DNA of 64,000 nt from positions 32,800,001-32,864,000 of the forward strand of contig NC_087437.1 in the NCBI RefSeq assembly GCF_036321535.1, given 5' to 3'. Under the pieces are notes generated by a model. That model was not told where the DNA came from, did no database searches, and was given only the letters and a program-made list of their open reading frames with translations. The stretch comes from Camelus dromedarius (taxonomy: Eukaryota). The position numbers and the translations under genes are program-made. Shown piece after piece: positions 1 through 14,235 of the stretch. Numbering within the stretch: the first letter of the stretch is position 1; each line of letters starts with the position of its first letter.

Positions 1-779
1 TTTTGAGCTGTGACCTCAGTTATTAGAAAAATAATATACTTGGCTACTTTAAAGGCTAACAGTGTTGATTAAGTAGAGTGATTGAATGACTAATAAAAAA
101 CAGAAACAGAATTCAACTGATAAGACTGTGGCCTTCCCATTCTTTTTCTTCTAGCCAAGTTATTATGACCTGAGAAAGAGACACTTATTGATCCTTGCAA
201 GTGAAAAGGAAAAGATACAAAATCTGATTCAGCATTTCCTTATCTTAATAACTTCTACTGTGACTTTATCATCTTTAGCGAAGACCCAGATATTCCACCA
301 AAGTTTTTTCTTATCAATGGGTCCAGCCTTCTATGTTGTCCTCAGGTTAACTAAGCTTATTAGGAAGCTGTCATTTTGGTGTCTTTGCAACTACCCTTGA
401 TTGTTTTCTAGTGACCAGAGTTATCTTGGTAATAATGGATCTGAAGTGATGACCAAGATTTGAGAAATTGTTATAAGATTTAAGAAAACTGTTTGGGATC
501 CACAGAATTAGTGAAATAATTCTTGATTATCTGAATTTAATACAGGAACTAGTGTTGTATCATAGTGAAAGGGAAAAAGTTTCTTATTTTATATTTAAGA
601 GTATTTTAATTGAATCTTAAAGCATGTAAGTTTCTGCAGACCTTTAATTTTGGCATTCTTTTTATAATAAATGCTTTGTGTTTAGAAAAATCAATATTAA
701 AATTTAGCTTCAAAGAATTCATGAAGAGAAACATAATTAAATCTTGATATATTATATACAAAACACAAATCCCTAATCA

Positions 780-1450
780 TTTCTTTTTATGCAAATGAGT
801 TTGATTTAGACATAATTCCCCAACATCACCATGAATTTCCATCTGTGTAACCCTGATGTTCTTAAGCAGTCTGCCGTTACCTCATGCTTTGGGCTATATT
901 CACTCTGCATGTATGGAAACTGTGACTATCTTAACACTTTAGATGATGATATGAATAACAATTGTTTGTTGATTTTATTCTCTATCTCCCTGGATAACCT
1001 GCTGTCTGCAAAGGCTGAGTAAGTGGCAGATAGCTTTTGTCATCCCTTATCCAAGCTGTACACTTGTAAGGAAGAGCAGGGATAATCGCCTCAATCTAAT
1101 TAGGGGTTAAAAGAGGCCATGACTGTGATGTGGCAGTGAGACACCTTACTGTAGCAATCCTGTTTGCATTAGAAAAATAAGGTTGTCATATTGATTATTC
1201 AAATTGGCTTATATTGGCCAAGGCTCAGTGGCTTGTATTGCAGCTGAAGCAGTTGAAGATTCCAGCTATTCACAGAAGACCTATGCTGTAGCATATATTA
1301 TATTGTGGCTTGTTTGCTAATTTGGGGTTTTAAGAATGAAGACAGAGTTTAATCAGGCGATTTAAAGGTTAAACTGACCATCAGCAACTGAAGTTTAGCT
1401 TCCATGTGTGCAGTGATTATGCAAATATTGAATGAGTGAAGATTCAGTGG
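780..1450. promoter_or_regulatory. Candidate conserved non-coding element / enhancer
   Basis: Repeat-free block with two perfect octamers ATGCAAAT (789-796, 1419-1426) and several TAAT/TGATT homeodomain-type motifs. Conservation was not tested. Confidence 0.35.
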
Positions 1451-2294
1451 CATTTACATCTCTGAACTGAAGATATGATATAGCAATATAAAAGCATTAT
1501 TTAGAACCATGTTAGTCTTTTGATGATAGATATTTTGATGGTAACTGATATGAGTTAAAATGATGTAGATTCTAAGTGGAGGCTGTTTGCCTTACTGTCT
1601 TGCTTCCTATTTACCTCCTCGCTTCTCTTCAACCTTTTCTCTTTTTCTTTACTTGAATTTTCTGAACTTGGGTATGTTCTTGAAACAGGAATAGTAGAGT
1701 GGTGAGTAAAAACATGTGTGAAAATTTCCTGTACAAAACTTTAATCTCTCTTTCTCAAATATCCCAGTCAACGGTAGCAGTCCAGCTAAGTTGCTATGCA
1801 TGGATGGCCTGTATTTTGATATACATATCAAAAGCCTGTAGATAGTGGATACTTTTTATGAAACTTCCATTATAGAAACAGTTTTCAAAATGAGGAGTTA
1901 GTATAATGGTCTCCTCGAGCAGCAGTCAGTTATTTTTCTTTTGCTTTGTGCTTTATCCTTTTTGAGTTATCACCATGATTCATGGAGTTTTTATTTAACA
2001 TGTTTCAGTGGTTTTTGTTGGGTTGTTTTTTGTGACTCAAACTGTAGCAAGTTTGATCAGTGGGAATCTACTTCAGATAGGCTCCTGTGTCCTATACATG
2101 ACTCCATTAGTTTAAAAATGATTCTTTACATTCTGTCCCAATCTTTTTTTTTTTTTTTCTTTTCATCCTAGACCTTGGAATCAGCCACTTATCCAAGTAA
2201 CCATGGCTCCCTTTAGTCAGAAATGGTATTTAGAAATCAAAATATGATGCTGGTAGTGTTACTAGGGATGTCATTTCGTTAGTTAAAAAACATG

Positions 2295-2457
2295 CTGTGT
2301 TTTTTTCGAACTAAGATGTGGTCAATTGTAATTTTATATACTACTAAGAAATGAAAAATTGCCATTTTAAAACACCATCTAATGTAAAATGCATCCTCAT
2401 TACAGCTATGTTAACATGGGGTACAAAACTGTGCATCTTAGAATCAATGAAATATGG
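2295..2457. mobile_element. TcMar-Tc2 MITE, MER104-like
   Basis: Degenerate terminal inverted repeats ctgtgtttttttcgaactaagatg ... catcttagaatcaatgaaatatgg, resembling CCGTATTTCATCGATTCTAAGATG. Confidence 0.6.
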
Positions 2458-2909
2458 TGTACTGAATCATGAATTCATATTAATATTTTAAAATAAAATT
2501 TAATGTTACAGAATTTTTACATAAGGTTTAATTTATATATTTTTTCTTTTTCAGTGAATATATTTCTGGTAACATTAGCATAATTATTTGCTTTATTATA
2601 TGATGTGCATGAAATGGTTTTAAAATAATGTTCTTGATTTTATAAAAATCATTTAAAAAGTATAAATAGAACTTTATCATCAAATCCATCAGTGAGTTAA
2701 AAAAATAAAGTAGGAGTTAAATGTGGCTTATTCCAGGAATACAAAGATGGTTCAATTTTGTAAAATTTGTTAGTTTAATTAGCTATAGTAATAGGTCAAA
2801 AGAGTTTAGTGATGTCTACCCTTCTCTGTCTCTTTTATTTTTGATAATATAATTTAATATTTAAGATCCAGACTATTGTTATTACATGATTTTTTAAAAA
2901 TATAAGGTA

Positions 2910-5250
2910 AATTTTTCTTGAGGTGTAATTTTTATACAATAAAATATACATCTCTTATATATAGAATTCAGTAAATAAAAGCATTCACTCATGTAACCTA
3001 CCCTTCGTTCTTTTAAAAAATTTTCTTGTACTTCCCAGTCCCTGGCCTTCTCTCTCCAGACGCAACCAGTGTTTCAATTTCATTTGCAATAGATTAGTTC
3101 TTGAATGTCACATAAATGGAATTGTATAGTATGTACTCTTTTGTATCTGACTTCTTTTGCTCAGTATGTTTTTGGGATTTATTCACGTTGTTACATGTAT
3201 ACATGTATTAGTAGTTTGTTCCTTTTATTGCTGACTAGTATTCCATTTTATGAATGTACCACAATTCATTCTATTGAAGGATATTTGGTTTTTTTTTTTT
3301 TTTTTTTTACTTCAGAGCTGTTATGAATAAAGCTGCCATGGACTTTCTTGTAAAAATCTTTGTGGAACACATGTTTTCATCTCTTTTTGGGTAAATACCA
3401 AACTGAGTTTTTGTATTTTGAGAGTACAGCAACAATGAACATTTGTGTACATGTTTCTAAAGGGACAAATGTTTTCATTTCTTTGGAGTAAATAGCTAGC
3501 AATGGAATAGGTGGATTGTGTGATAGGTGTATGTTTAACTGCAAAATGGTTTTGCACGGTTGTTCTCTTAGTTTACATTTCCACAAACAATGTATATTCC
3601 AGCAAGAAGTTTCAGTTTTTACACATCTTTGCCAACACAGACTGTTATCAGACCTTTGAATTCCAGCTATTTGAATGGATTTAAAGTAGTATCTTATTGT
3701 GAATTTTAACTAGCATTTTTCTGATGACTAATGATGTTAAATACTTTTTTATATGCTTATTGGCCATTTGTATATTTTCTCTTGTAAAATATTTGAACCT
3801 TTTATCTATTTTTCAAAAAAGATCATTAATCCTTTTGTTATTGAATCATTAGAATTTCTTATATATTCTAGGTTTAATTCCTGTGTCAGATGTATATTGT
3901 GAATATTGCTCCCAGTCTATGGCTTGTCTATTTATTTCTTAACAGTGTTTAGGATGAGTAATTTTTGTAATTTGAATTCCTATATGCCAATTTTTTTCTT
4001 GTTAGTAGCTTGATTGTAATTGCACTGAATCTATAAATATGTTTGGTGGGAATTCGCATCTATGAGATACTGTATTTACCATCCATGGACATAACATACT
4101 TCTTCATTTATTTAGGACATAAAAACTTCTCAGTAGAAAAACAATTGTTTTCTTCTGTAAAGGTGTGGCAAATGTTTTGCTGAATTTATGCCTATCTACC
4201 TTATGTATTTATTATATTTATTCCTAGTATCTTTTGTCCTATTTGGGATTTGAATGGGAATTTAATATTTTTCCATTGAGTATAACTTTACTCTTATTTT
4301 TTTGTACATAACATTTCCTGTTTAACAAGGTTTCCTTCTGTTCCTAGTTGGATAAAATTTTTTAGAAATCATTTATTTACATACTTTATTTTTATCAACC
4401 TTTTTACATCAATTGAAATTATTTTATAGTTTTTCTCTTTTAATCTGGGAGTGTGGTAAATAAGATGAACTGATTTTCCATTGTTAATCTGTCCTTGCAT
4501 TCCTTAGGTGAATTTAACTTACTCAATTTATTGTCTTTTTCTATATGTTACTAGGTTTGGTTTGCTTGTTTGTTTATTAGTATTTTTATCTTTGTTCCTG
4601 AATGAGATTTGCCTGTAATTTTTCTTGCCCCCATATTAGTATCAAAGTTATATTAGTCTTGTAAAATGTAATGGGGAACTCTGGCAGGGAATATTGGTAG
4701 TGGGGGAGGCTGTGTATGTGTGGGCGCAGGAGGTATGTGGGAAATCTTTGTGCCTTTCATTCAATTTTGTTGTGAACCTAAAACTACTCTAAAATTAAGT
4801 CAATTAAAAAACGTAATGTTGAATAGCTCTTCATTTTTTTTTCTTGAGAAAAGTTTGTGTAGGATTGAAATTCTATATTCCTTGAATTATATATCCTTGA
4901 ATATGTAGAACTAGCCTATAATAAAATTTAGGCCTAGTGTTTCCATTGTGAGGGGTTTTTAACTACTTATTCAGGTTTCTTTTGATGATTATAGGACTAT
5001 GAAGGCTTTCTACCTCATCTTAAATCAATTTCTTACTGTAAGATTTCATTACAGAAATGTGTCTGTCAGACAAATTTGTTTTGAATTTACAAACTTATTG
5101 GCATGATATTCTCATTAATTTTAAATCTCCACAGCATTGGTAGGTAGCTCTATCCCCCTCACTCTTTTAAATATTAGTACTGTTTATTGTCCCCTGTTCA
5201 CATCTCATTTCCTTTTTATGTATTCTTTATGAAAGGGTAACAGAATGACA
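2910..5250 (-). mobile_element. Old, degraded LINE-1 (L1M-type) 3'UTR/ORF2 fragments
   Basis: Minus-strand ORF 3377-3586 (WKCKL...HNPPIPLLAIYSKEMKTFVPLETCTQMFIVA) resembles the L1 ORF2 C-terminus; typical T-rich antisense L1 sequence. Confidence 0.8.
4668..4812 (+). mobile_element. Short sense L1MB-type 3' terminal fragment nested in the antisense L1
   Basis: gggggaggctgtgtatgtgtgggcgcaggaggtatgtgggaaatct...tgaacctaaaactactctaaaa followed by an A-rich end. Confidence 0.65.
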
Positions 5251-6029
5251 AGCATCTGTGTCGTTTTTGAAGTTGACATTTTGTGCTAGATTATGCAGAG
5301 CTCATTTTTCTAGAATTTCTCTTCCTTCTCTCCAACTCTAAATCTCATTCTCTTTTATATATGCCACACCGGATACTGCGTAATTCTTTTGACAGTGCTC
5401 AAGTCATTGTTCCTTATGGAATATGTAGTTTTAAAATTAGAAAGTATATTTCTTTTGTTATAGTAATAAACAGTGTATGTTGTGCAACATTTAGTTTCTT
5501 TCCTTATTTGATTGGTTTTAGTATCACCTTCGATGAAGAGTGGGAAGTGAATAAGGAAGATTTCTTTCTATTTAGACTTTACTGAGTACTCTACTTGATA
5601 GAGGTTTTAAGTAAAAAGTAAAAATGCTAAAAGAATTACTGCTTTAAGGACAAGAACTCTTGGATTGTGTTCTCATCTTATAGATCTAGTTGCTACTGAC
5701 TTTATTTCTTGATCATTGTCATTTTACAGAAGGTACCAAATTTGATAATTAAAAGTTTATTAGGCTTTCGTTTATCACTGTTGAACTGGCACATTTAGGC
5801 CTATTTAGAAATATATGATGGAATTTTTAGGATCATAGTGGCTGGGGAGCAAAAATAGGGGTACTCTGTCTTAACAGTGTACAAGATAGCCCATTCAACA
5901 AACAAATTTGGCCATCAAAAATGCCAATGATAAGTCTTTGAGAAAAATCAAGAGAGTGAACTACTTTTGTTAATATTGCAGATCTCAGAACGCTAGAAGA
6001 ATAATTGAAAACCAATGTGGTATACACTC

Positions 6030-6710
6030 ATACAACCACCATCACATCAAGGTAGTGAATATTTCCATCACCCACAAACATTTCTCCTTGCCCCTCTGTA
6101 GTCCATCTTCCACTCCACTACAGATCCAGGCAACTTATAATGTGTTTTCTGCCACTGTAAATTAGTTTATATTTTCTAGAATTTTATATAAATGAAATTA
6201 CACAGTATGTACTCTTTTGTTTCTGGCTTTTCTTCTCTCAGCATTATGATTTTGTGATTTATCTATGATGTTGGATATATTAGCAGTTAGTTCCTTTTGG
6301 ATGATGAGTAATATTCTATTATATAAATCTGTCACATTTTGTTTTCACAATCTGTTGATAGATATTTGAGTTGTTTCCCATTTTTGGCTATTACTAAAGC
6401 TGTTATGAGCATTCATATAAAGTTCTTTAAGTAGATATATGTTCTCTTTACCTGGAAAGTGAAAGTCTGGCTTGTTTGGAAGATTGAGATTTAACTTTTT
6501 CAAAATCTGCCAAACAGTTTTCTAAAGGGGTTTTATCATCTTACATTTACAAGACTGGTGTATGAGATTTCAAGTTTTTCCAGAGCCTTATCAACAGTTG
6601 ATATTGTTCTTTTAAATTTTGCCCATTCTAATGGATTTGCATGTGTATCCTGCTATGTTTTAATTTTTATTTCTCTGATGTTAGATAATGTTGAGCATCT
6701 TTTCTTTGTT
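6030..6710 (-). mobile_element. Old LINE-1 (L1MB-like) 3' end fragment
   Basis: Antisense L1 3'UTR motifs (caaggtagtgaatatttccatcaccc; ttctagaattttatataaatg; atttgagttgtttcccatttttggctatt). Confidence 0.75.
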
Positions 6711-6726
6711 CAAAGTTATGCAGTTT

Positions 6727-6852
6727 GGAGGGGGATGGTGTAGCTGAAGTGGTAGAATGCATGCTTAGCATGTACGAGGTCTTGGGTTCAATCCCCAGTA
6801 ACTCCTCTAAAAAATAAGTAAACATAATTATGTTCCCCCCTGAAAAATAGAT
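6727..6852 (+). mobile_element. tRNA-derived SINE, Vic-1-like (camelid)
   Basis: GGGGATGGTGTAGCTGAAGTGGTAGAATGCATGCTTAGCATG...GGGTTCAATCCCCAGTA with A- and B-boxes, an A-rich tail and a C-run. Degenerate TSD aaagttatgcagttt (6712-6726) / aaagtatgcaattt (6853-6866). Confidence 0.85.
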
Positions 6853-8364
6853 AAAGTATGCAATTTAATATGTTTGGGTTTGTGTATGTACCTGTGACTC
6901 TATCATAACAGTCAAGATAGTGAATCTGTCCTTCATCACTGAAGGCTTCCTCATGATCCTTTGTAATCAGTCCCTTCTTCCCCCTCTACTTGTCCTTCCT
7001 CCTACTTTTACTGTCACTTTAGTTTGCATTTTCTCAAGCTTTTTATAAATGTTGTCATACAGTGTATATTCGTTTTGTCTGGCTCCTTAATTGTTCTGAG
7101 ATTCATCTGTGTTGTTTCATGTGTCATTTTTTCTTTAGTGCTGAATAGTATTTGATTGTATGTCTGTGAAACAATTTGTTTTCTCTGTCATCTCTTGGAT
7201 ATTTAGGTTGTTTCCAGTTTTTGGCTATTATAAAACAAGCTGCTATGAAAATTCATGTACAAGTCTTTTTCTGGACATATACTTTGATTTCTTTTGGCAG
7301 TAGAATGGCTGGATCATATGGTAGGTTTATGCTTACGCTTTTAAGAAATTGACAAACTTTTTTCCAAAGTGATTGTACATTATACAATCTGCCAGCAGTG
7401 CATGAATGTTCCAGTTACTCCACATCCTCATCAAAACTAGGTATGTGGTTAGTCTTTAATTTTAGACGTTCCAATAGATATGTAGTGGTACCTCACTGTG
7501 GTTTTAATTTACATTTCCCTGATAATTAATCGAGTTGACAATTTTTCTTGTTCTTATTGGCCACCTCTATGAATTTCTTGTTGAAATATCTGTTCCCATC
7601 TTTTGCTCGTTTTCTGTATGTGGTTATTTCCTTATTAAGTTTGGAGAGTTCTTTGTATGTTCTAGATTCAGGTACTCTCTTAGATGTTTGCTATAGCTTT
7701 TCTTTCATTTACTAGGAGTGCCTTTTGAAGGATAGAAGTTTTTAATTTTGACGAAGTTCAGTTTATTCATTTGTTCTTTTATAGATCATGCTTTTGATAT
7801 TGATCTAAGAAATATTTGCTTTTATAGATCATGTTTTTGGTATTGCTTTAAGAAATCTTTGCCTAACCAAAGGACACAAAAGTTTTCTTCTGTTTTCTTC
7901 TACCAGTTTTATAGCTTTAGGCTTTACATTTAGGTCTGTGATCTATTTTGAGATAAAGTTTGAATACAGTATGAGTTATGGATTGAAGTTCATTTTTTCT
8001 TTTCATTTTGCTTTTTGCGTATTGAAAATTCAGTATTTCCAGCATCCCTTTCTGATGGGACTATCTTTTCTTTATTGAATTATCTTTGTATTTTTGTAAT
8101 AAAATCAGTTGCCCACAAATGTATAGCTCTGTTTCTGGACATTCTATTGTGTCCACCGAAATACTTGTTCATCCTGATGCCAGTACCACACTGTTTTGAT
8201 TATTGTAGCATTATAATACTTTGCATGTAGTTACATCATGTAGTCACAGCCTTCTAACTTCATTCCCTTTTCAAACGTGTTTTTGCTATCTTAGGTCCTT
8301 AGTATTACTGTATGAATTTTGTAATCATCTTCTCAATTTCTACAAAGTGCAGTATTTGTATTGT

Positions 8365-9884
8365 TTTACTTTTTCTTATTGAAGTATAGTCGATTTACAC
8401 TGTTGTGTTAATTTGAGCATAGTGATTCAGATATATATGCTATATATATATTCTTTTTCATATTCTTTTTCATTATAGGCTATTACAAGAATATAGTTGA
8501 ATATATTGAATATAGTTCCCTGTGCTATAGAGAAGAAACTTACTGTTTCTGTTTCTGAGCTGTTTTATATATAGTAGTTAGTATCTGCAAATCCCAAACT
8601 CCCAGTTTATCCCTCTCCAGCCCTTCCCACCATGGTAACCATAAGTTTGTTTTGTGTCTGTGAGTCTGTCTCTGTTCTGTAAATAAATTCATTTGTATCC
8701 TTTTTTTTATATTCCACATATAAGTGATACCATATGTTATTTTTCTTTCTCTTTCTGGCTTGCTTCACTTGGTATGATGATCTGATGATCTCCAGGTCCA
8801 TCTGTGTTGCTGCAAATGGCATTATTTCATTCTTTTTTATGGCTCAGTAGTATTATGTACTACTGTCTGTCTGTCTGTCTATCTATATCTATCTACCTAT
8901 CTATCTATCTATCCATCCATCCATCCATCTACACATACCACAATTTCTTTATCTAGTCACCTGTTGATGGGTATTTACTTTGCTTCCACATCTTGACTGT
9001 TGTAAATAGTGCTGCTGTGAACATTGGAGTGTATGTAACTTTTTAAATTAGAATTTCCTCCAGATACATGCCCAGGAGTGGGATTGCTGGTAAGTCTATT
9101 TTTATTTTTTTAAGGAATCTTCGTACTGTTTTCCATAATGGCTACACCAAACTACATTCCCACCAACAGTGTAGGAGGGTTCCCTTTTCTCCACACTCTC
9201 TCCAACATTTATCATTTGTGGACTTTTTTAATGATGGCTATTCTGACTGGTGTGAGGTGATATCTCAATGTAGTTTTGATTTACATTTCTTTGATGATTA
9301 GCAATATTGAACATCTTTTCAAAATGCGTCTATTGGCTATTTGTATGTCTTTATTGGAGCAATGCTTTTTTAGGTCTTCTGCCTCTTTATTGATTGGGCT
9401 TTTTTGTTGTTGTTGTTTTTGTTGTTATTGAGTTGTATGAGCTGTTTGTGTATTCTGGAAATTAAGTCCTTGTCAGTTGCATGTTTGCAAATATTTTCTT
9501 TCATTGCATAGGTTGTCTTTTTAAAAGTTTTGTTTATAGTTTCTTTTGCTCTGCAAAAGCTTATATGTTTGATTAGGTCCCACTTGTTTATTTTTGCTTT
9601 ATTTCTATTGCCTGGGTAGACTGCCCTAGCAGAACACTGCTAAGAAAATGTTTTGCCTATGTTTTCTTCTAGGAGGTTTATAGTGTCTTGTGTTATATTT
9701 AAGTCTTTAAGCTATTTTGAGTTTATTTTTGTGTATGATGTGAGGGAGTGTTCTAATTTCATTGGTATACATGTGGCTGTTCAGCTTCCCCAACACCAAT
9801 TGCTGAAGAGACTATCTTTTTTCCATTGTATATTCTTGCCTCTTGTTGAAGATTAATTGACTGCAGGTGTGGGTTTATTTCTGC
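8365..9884 (-). mobile_element. Younger 5'-truncated LINE-1 (3'UTR plus ORF2 C-terminus)
   Basis: Starts with the typical cetartiodactyl L1 tail ttattgaagtatagtcgatttaca. ORF 8607-8822 MPFAATQMDLEII... matches the ORF2 C-terminus. Less diverged than the host element. Confidence 0.85.
8864..8931. repeat. Compound tetranucleotide microsatellite (TCTG)n(TCTA)n(TCCA)n
   Basis: Directly visible inside the L1. Confidence 0.9.
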
Positions 9885-12800
9885 ATATATTTTGATTGGG
9901 ATTTACATTGAATCTATAGATCAACTTGGGGAGAATTAACATCTCGATAATATTGAGTCTTCTGACCTATTAACAAGATACATTTCTCCATTTATTGAGG
10001 TCTCAGGGGGTGTTTTGTAGCTTACAGTGTAGGCTTCTCTGATAGTTTCTTTTTTTCATATTCTGAAATACTTCATATTTTTGATGATATTGCAAGTGTT
10101 ACGCAAATATATTTTTCCAATTTCTGATTGTTTTTGGTATAGAGAAATAATAATTGAATTTTGTGTATTGATCTTATATTCTGCCACCTCATTAAACTTA
10201 TCATTCTAGTTTTTATAGTTTTTTAATAGATATCTTTAAGATTTTCTGCATAGGTGATCATGTTGTCTGCAATAAAAAACAGTTTTACTTATTTCCAATG
10301 AAGATGTTTTTTATTTCTTTTTCTTGCCTGATTGCTCACGCTAGAGCCTCCATTACAGTGTTGAATAGAAGTGGCAAGATTGGACATTCTTGTTTTGTTT
10401 CTGATCTTAGTCAGTAACATTCAGTCTTTTTCACCGTTATATATGATGTTAGCTGGTAGATTTTGGTAAATGCCTTTTATAAGGTTACGGAAGTGCCTTT
10501 CTAGTCCTAGTTTGCTGATAATTTTTTTAGGGGTAAATGTTGGATTTTGTCAAGTGCTGTTTTTGTGATTACTGAGATGAATCATATTTTTTTCTTATCT
10601 AATTGTTAATATGGTGAATTACAGTATTGATTTTCAAATAGAAAACTTCACATAGTCATGATGCATTATCTTTTTTGTATATTGTTGCATTTGATTTGCT
10701 GAAATTATGTTTATAATTTTTGCATCTGTTTTCAGTAAGGAATATTGGTCTGCAGTTTTATTTTCTTTCAATTTTCTTTTTCTGCGTTTGGTATCAGGGT
10801 AATTCTGGCTTCAAAGAATAAGTTGGGAAGTAATATTTATTTTTCAGTTTTCTGGAAGAGTTTGTATAGAATTGGTATTATTTCTTATGTATTTGATAAA
10901 GTTCAGGAGTGAAGCCATTAGGGCCTGGATTTATCTTTGTGGAAAAGTTTTTAACTAAAAATTTAATTTCTTCGGTAATTATTAAACAAATTAGAAAAAT
11001 ACTGTTACTCAGGTTATCTGTTTCTTCTTGAGTGAGCTTTGGTAGTTTTGTCTTTCATGCGATTGGTTTATTCCACCTAAGGTGTTGAATGTATAGATAG
11101 AAAGCTGTTTGTAGTATTTTTATCCTCTTAATATATGTAGAATCTGTAATGTTGTTGTGTCTTTTATTCCTGATATTGATAATTTCTGTCTTCTCTCTTT
11201 TTTTTTCCCCACATCAGTCTGGCTAGGGGTTTGTCAATTTTATGGATTATTTGCAAAGAACCAGCTTTTAGGTTCATTGATTTCCTCTATTGTTTTTATG
11301 TTTTCTGTTTAATTGCTTTCCACATTGAACCATATAGTTATTATTATCTTCATTGCTTATGCTGGGTTTAATTTTTTTTTAAGTTTCTTAAGATATAGCC
11401 TGAGGTCATTGATTTTAGGCCTTTTATCTTTTCTCCTCTATGTACTTAATGCTAAATATCTTCTCCTTTAGTAGCACCCACAGATTCTTACATGTTGTAC
11501 TTTCATTTTCATTCAGTTCAACTAATTTTTAATTTTTTAATTTAATTTAATTTATTCTTTGACCATAGGTTATTTTAAAAGTATGGTATTTAGTTTCCAG
11601 ATATTCTGAAATTGTTCTAGACAGCTCTTTTAACCCATTTTTAATTTACTTTCATTGTGCCAAGGAGCATACTTTGTATGCTTTAGTAAGTCTTTTTAAA
11701 TTTATTGAGACATCAGTGGCTCAGAATATGCTCTATTTTAGTGAATTTTTTGAAAAACACTGCGTATTCTGCTTGTTCTTTCATGGGGAATTCTGTAATT
11801 GTCAATTGGGTTGAGTTGGTTGATAGTGTAGTCATGTCTATTAAGTCCCTGCTGATTTCCTCTCTACTTGTTTTATCAAATATTGAGAGAGTGGAATTGA
11901 AGTCTCCAACCATAGTTCTGGATTTGCCTGGATATTTTTTTCAATCCTATAAATGTTTTTAAGCTTTGCTCTGGGATGCATTTAAGTTAGTTGGAGACAA
12001 TTTGGTCTTCTTGCTATTATGATTTCTTAGGTGGAACTGAAGAAGCATGTAGTCTACCTCCACAACTAAGGTATAAACATGCTGGGTATTCTAAGCAAAG
12101 CTTTGTGTGTTATGAGTTTTTCTCGTCTGGTTTTTTGGAACATTCTTTCCCACTTTGTGTGAGCACCAGGCTCTAATCTCCAGTTCTTTGGGATGTGTCT
12201 TCTTTCATTACAGGCGTGTACTAATTAGTACTTTGCTGACTATACAAAGGGGGATTCTTGGTCTTTCACAGTTCTGTCTCTGTGGTACTCTCTCCTGTAC
12301 TCTGTTTTGTGCCTCTAGCTGCTTTAGTCTCCATGGAATCTCAGGTCTTGACTCCTTAAATCACAGCATTTGCCAGGCTCCACCTTTGTTCAATCTGTAG
12401 TAATCTGAAATCATTTTTAGTATTTCATTTAAATTTCTTTATTGTTTTTAAAGCTATATCTCCTTGTATTATTTTTAGTTGTTAACACTATAGATGATAT
12501 CTTTAACTTATTCCATTAAAGTGCATCTTTAATTTATCCTATTCTTGTTTAACTTGTCCCATTTTTCTTATTTCAAGCAGTAGTTATTTTTGTTTGCCTT
12601 TCAATTTTGAATGATAGTTTTTCATGATACATAATTATTGGCAGTTTTGACAGTTTTTTCTTTCTTCACTTCAGCTATTGTTCTGGCTTTCATAGTTTCT
12701 GATGTAAAGTTAGCTATAATCTTATAATTGTTCTTCTATGTGAAGTGTTTTTGTTCTTTGGCTTTTATCAGTTGTACTATCATGCATGTGAGAGTGGTTT

Positions 12801-13825
12801 TCTTTATGTTTATCCCACTTGTTCAGTGAGCTTTTTGCCTATGTAAATCAATGTTTTCAACCAAATTTGGGAACTTATTTCTTAAAATGTTCAATTCATT
12901 CATTTCTTCCCTTCCTCTTGATATTCCACTTACACATATGTTGGACTGCTTGTTCTGGCCCCACAGATTTCTTGAGATCCTTTTCATTGTCCTTATTTAT
13001 TTATTTTTTCTTCTTTTTGTACTCCAGATTGGGTGACATATTAATCTTTTATGTTTACTGTGGGTTTTTTTCTCTTTTTTCTATCTTATCTTGATCTCAT
13101 TTAGTGAATTTTTATTACAATATTTACTTTAAGGTTTTGAATTTCATATTTAAAAAAATATTGTTTCTATATCTCTAATGAGATTTCCTATATGTTCATT
13201 CATTGACACTATTTTTTGTTCAATATTTAAACAATATATAATAGCTGCCAAGAAATCTTGGCTAAAACTAGTATCTGATTTACTTATAGCTTCTGTTTCC
13301 TTTTTTCTTACAAGATTCACAGTTAATTGTTTATTTGCATGTCTTTTTTTTTTTTAACTTAAAAATTGAGCATTGTAGCCACTCTGGATTCAGTTATATT
13401 CTTTGGGGGATTATTATTTTATTTTGTCCAGTTTTTGTATATTCTTCACCTGAAACTGAAAACTTCCTCTACCTTCCTTTCTCTAGGCAGTATATGACAT
13501 CTTTATATTGTTATTTTCCCATTGCTGCTTTTTTTTAAAACATTTTTTAATTGAGTAATAGTCGTTTTACAATGTTGTGTCAAATTCCAGTGTAGAGCAC
13601 AATTTTTCAGTTATACATGAACATACATATATTCATTGTCACTTTTTTTTTTTTTTTGGCTGTGGGCTACCACAAGATCTTATATATATCTCCCTGTGCT
13701 ATACAGTATAGTCTTGTTTATCTATCCTACATTTTAAAATCCCAGTCTCTCCCCTCCCCCCCCGCACCCTTGGCAACTACAAGTTTGTATTCTATGTCTG
13801 TGAGTCTGTTTCTGTTTTGTATTTA

Positions 13826-13826
<1 letters not shown>

Positions 13827-13865
<39 letters not shown>
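13827..13865. repeat. (GTT)n trinucleotide microsatellite in the L1 3'UTR
   Basis: About 13 consecutive GTT units. Confidence 0.95.
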
Positions 13866-13866
<1 letters not shown>

Positions 13867-13867
13867 T

Positions 13868-14235
13868 TCAGATTCCACATATGAGTAATCTCATATGGTA
13901 TTTTTCTTTCTCTTTCTGGCTTACTTCACTTAGAATGACATTCTCCAGGAACATCCATGTTGCTGCAAATGGCGTTATGTTGTTGGTTTTTGTGGCTGAA
14001 TAGTATTCCATTGTATAAATATACCACATCTTCTTCATCCAGTCATCTGTTGATGGACATCTAGGCTGTTTCATGTCTTGGCCATTGTAAATAGTGCTGC
14101 TATGAACATTGGGGTGCAGGTGTCTTTTTGAAGTCGGGTTCCTTCTGGATATATGCCCAGGAGCGGGATTCCTGGGTCATATGGTAAGTCTATTCCTAGT
14201 CTTTTGAGAAATCTCCATGCTGTTTTCCACAGTGG
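13868..14235 (-). pseudogene. LINE-1 ORF2p C-terminal remnant (about 120 codons, one frameshift)
   Basis: PLWKTAWRFLKRLGIDLPYDPGIPLLGIYP...CTPMFIAALFT then KQPRCPSTDDWMKKMWYIYTMEYYSA...ICGI*. Confidence 0.9.

Larger units (their letters stand above)
6870..11960 (-). mobile_element. Long old LINE-1 (3'UTR to ORF2 endonuclease region), interrupted by a younger L1 at about 8365-9884
   Basis: Antisense ORF2-like sequence resumes after the insertion (tttctacaaa...//...ttttgattgggatttacattgaatctataga). ORF 11713-11913 VGDFNSTLSIFDKTSRE...FTKIEHIL matches the L1 APE endonuclease motif GDFN...KIDHI. Confidence 0.85.

Noticed and set aside
6727..6805. tRNA-like sequence (also 62945-63019)
   Set aside because: A-rich tails and TSDs show these are SINEs, not tRNA genes.
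13617..14003. 128-aa ORF with poly-Val
   Set aside because: Antisense L1 3' end read through a (GTT)n microsatellite.
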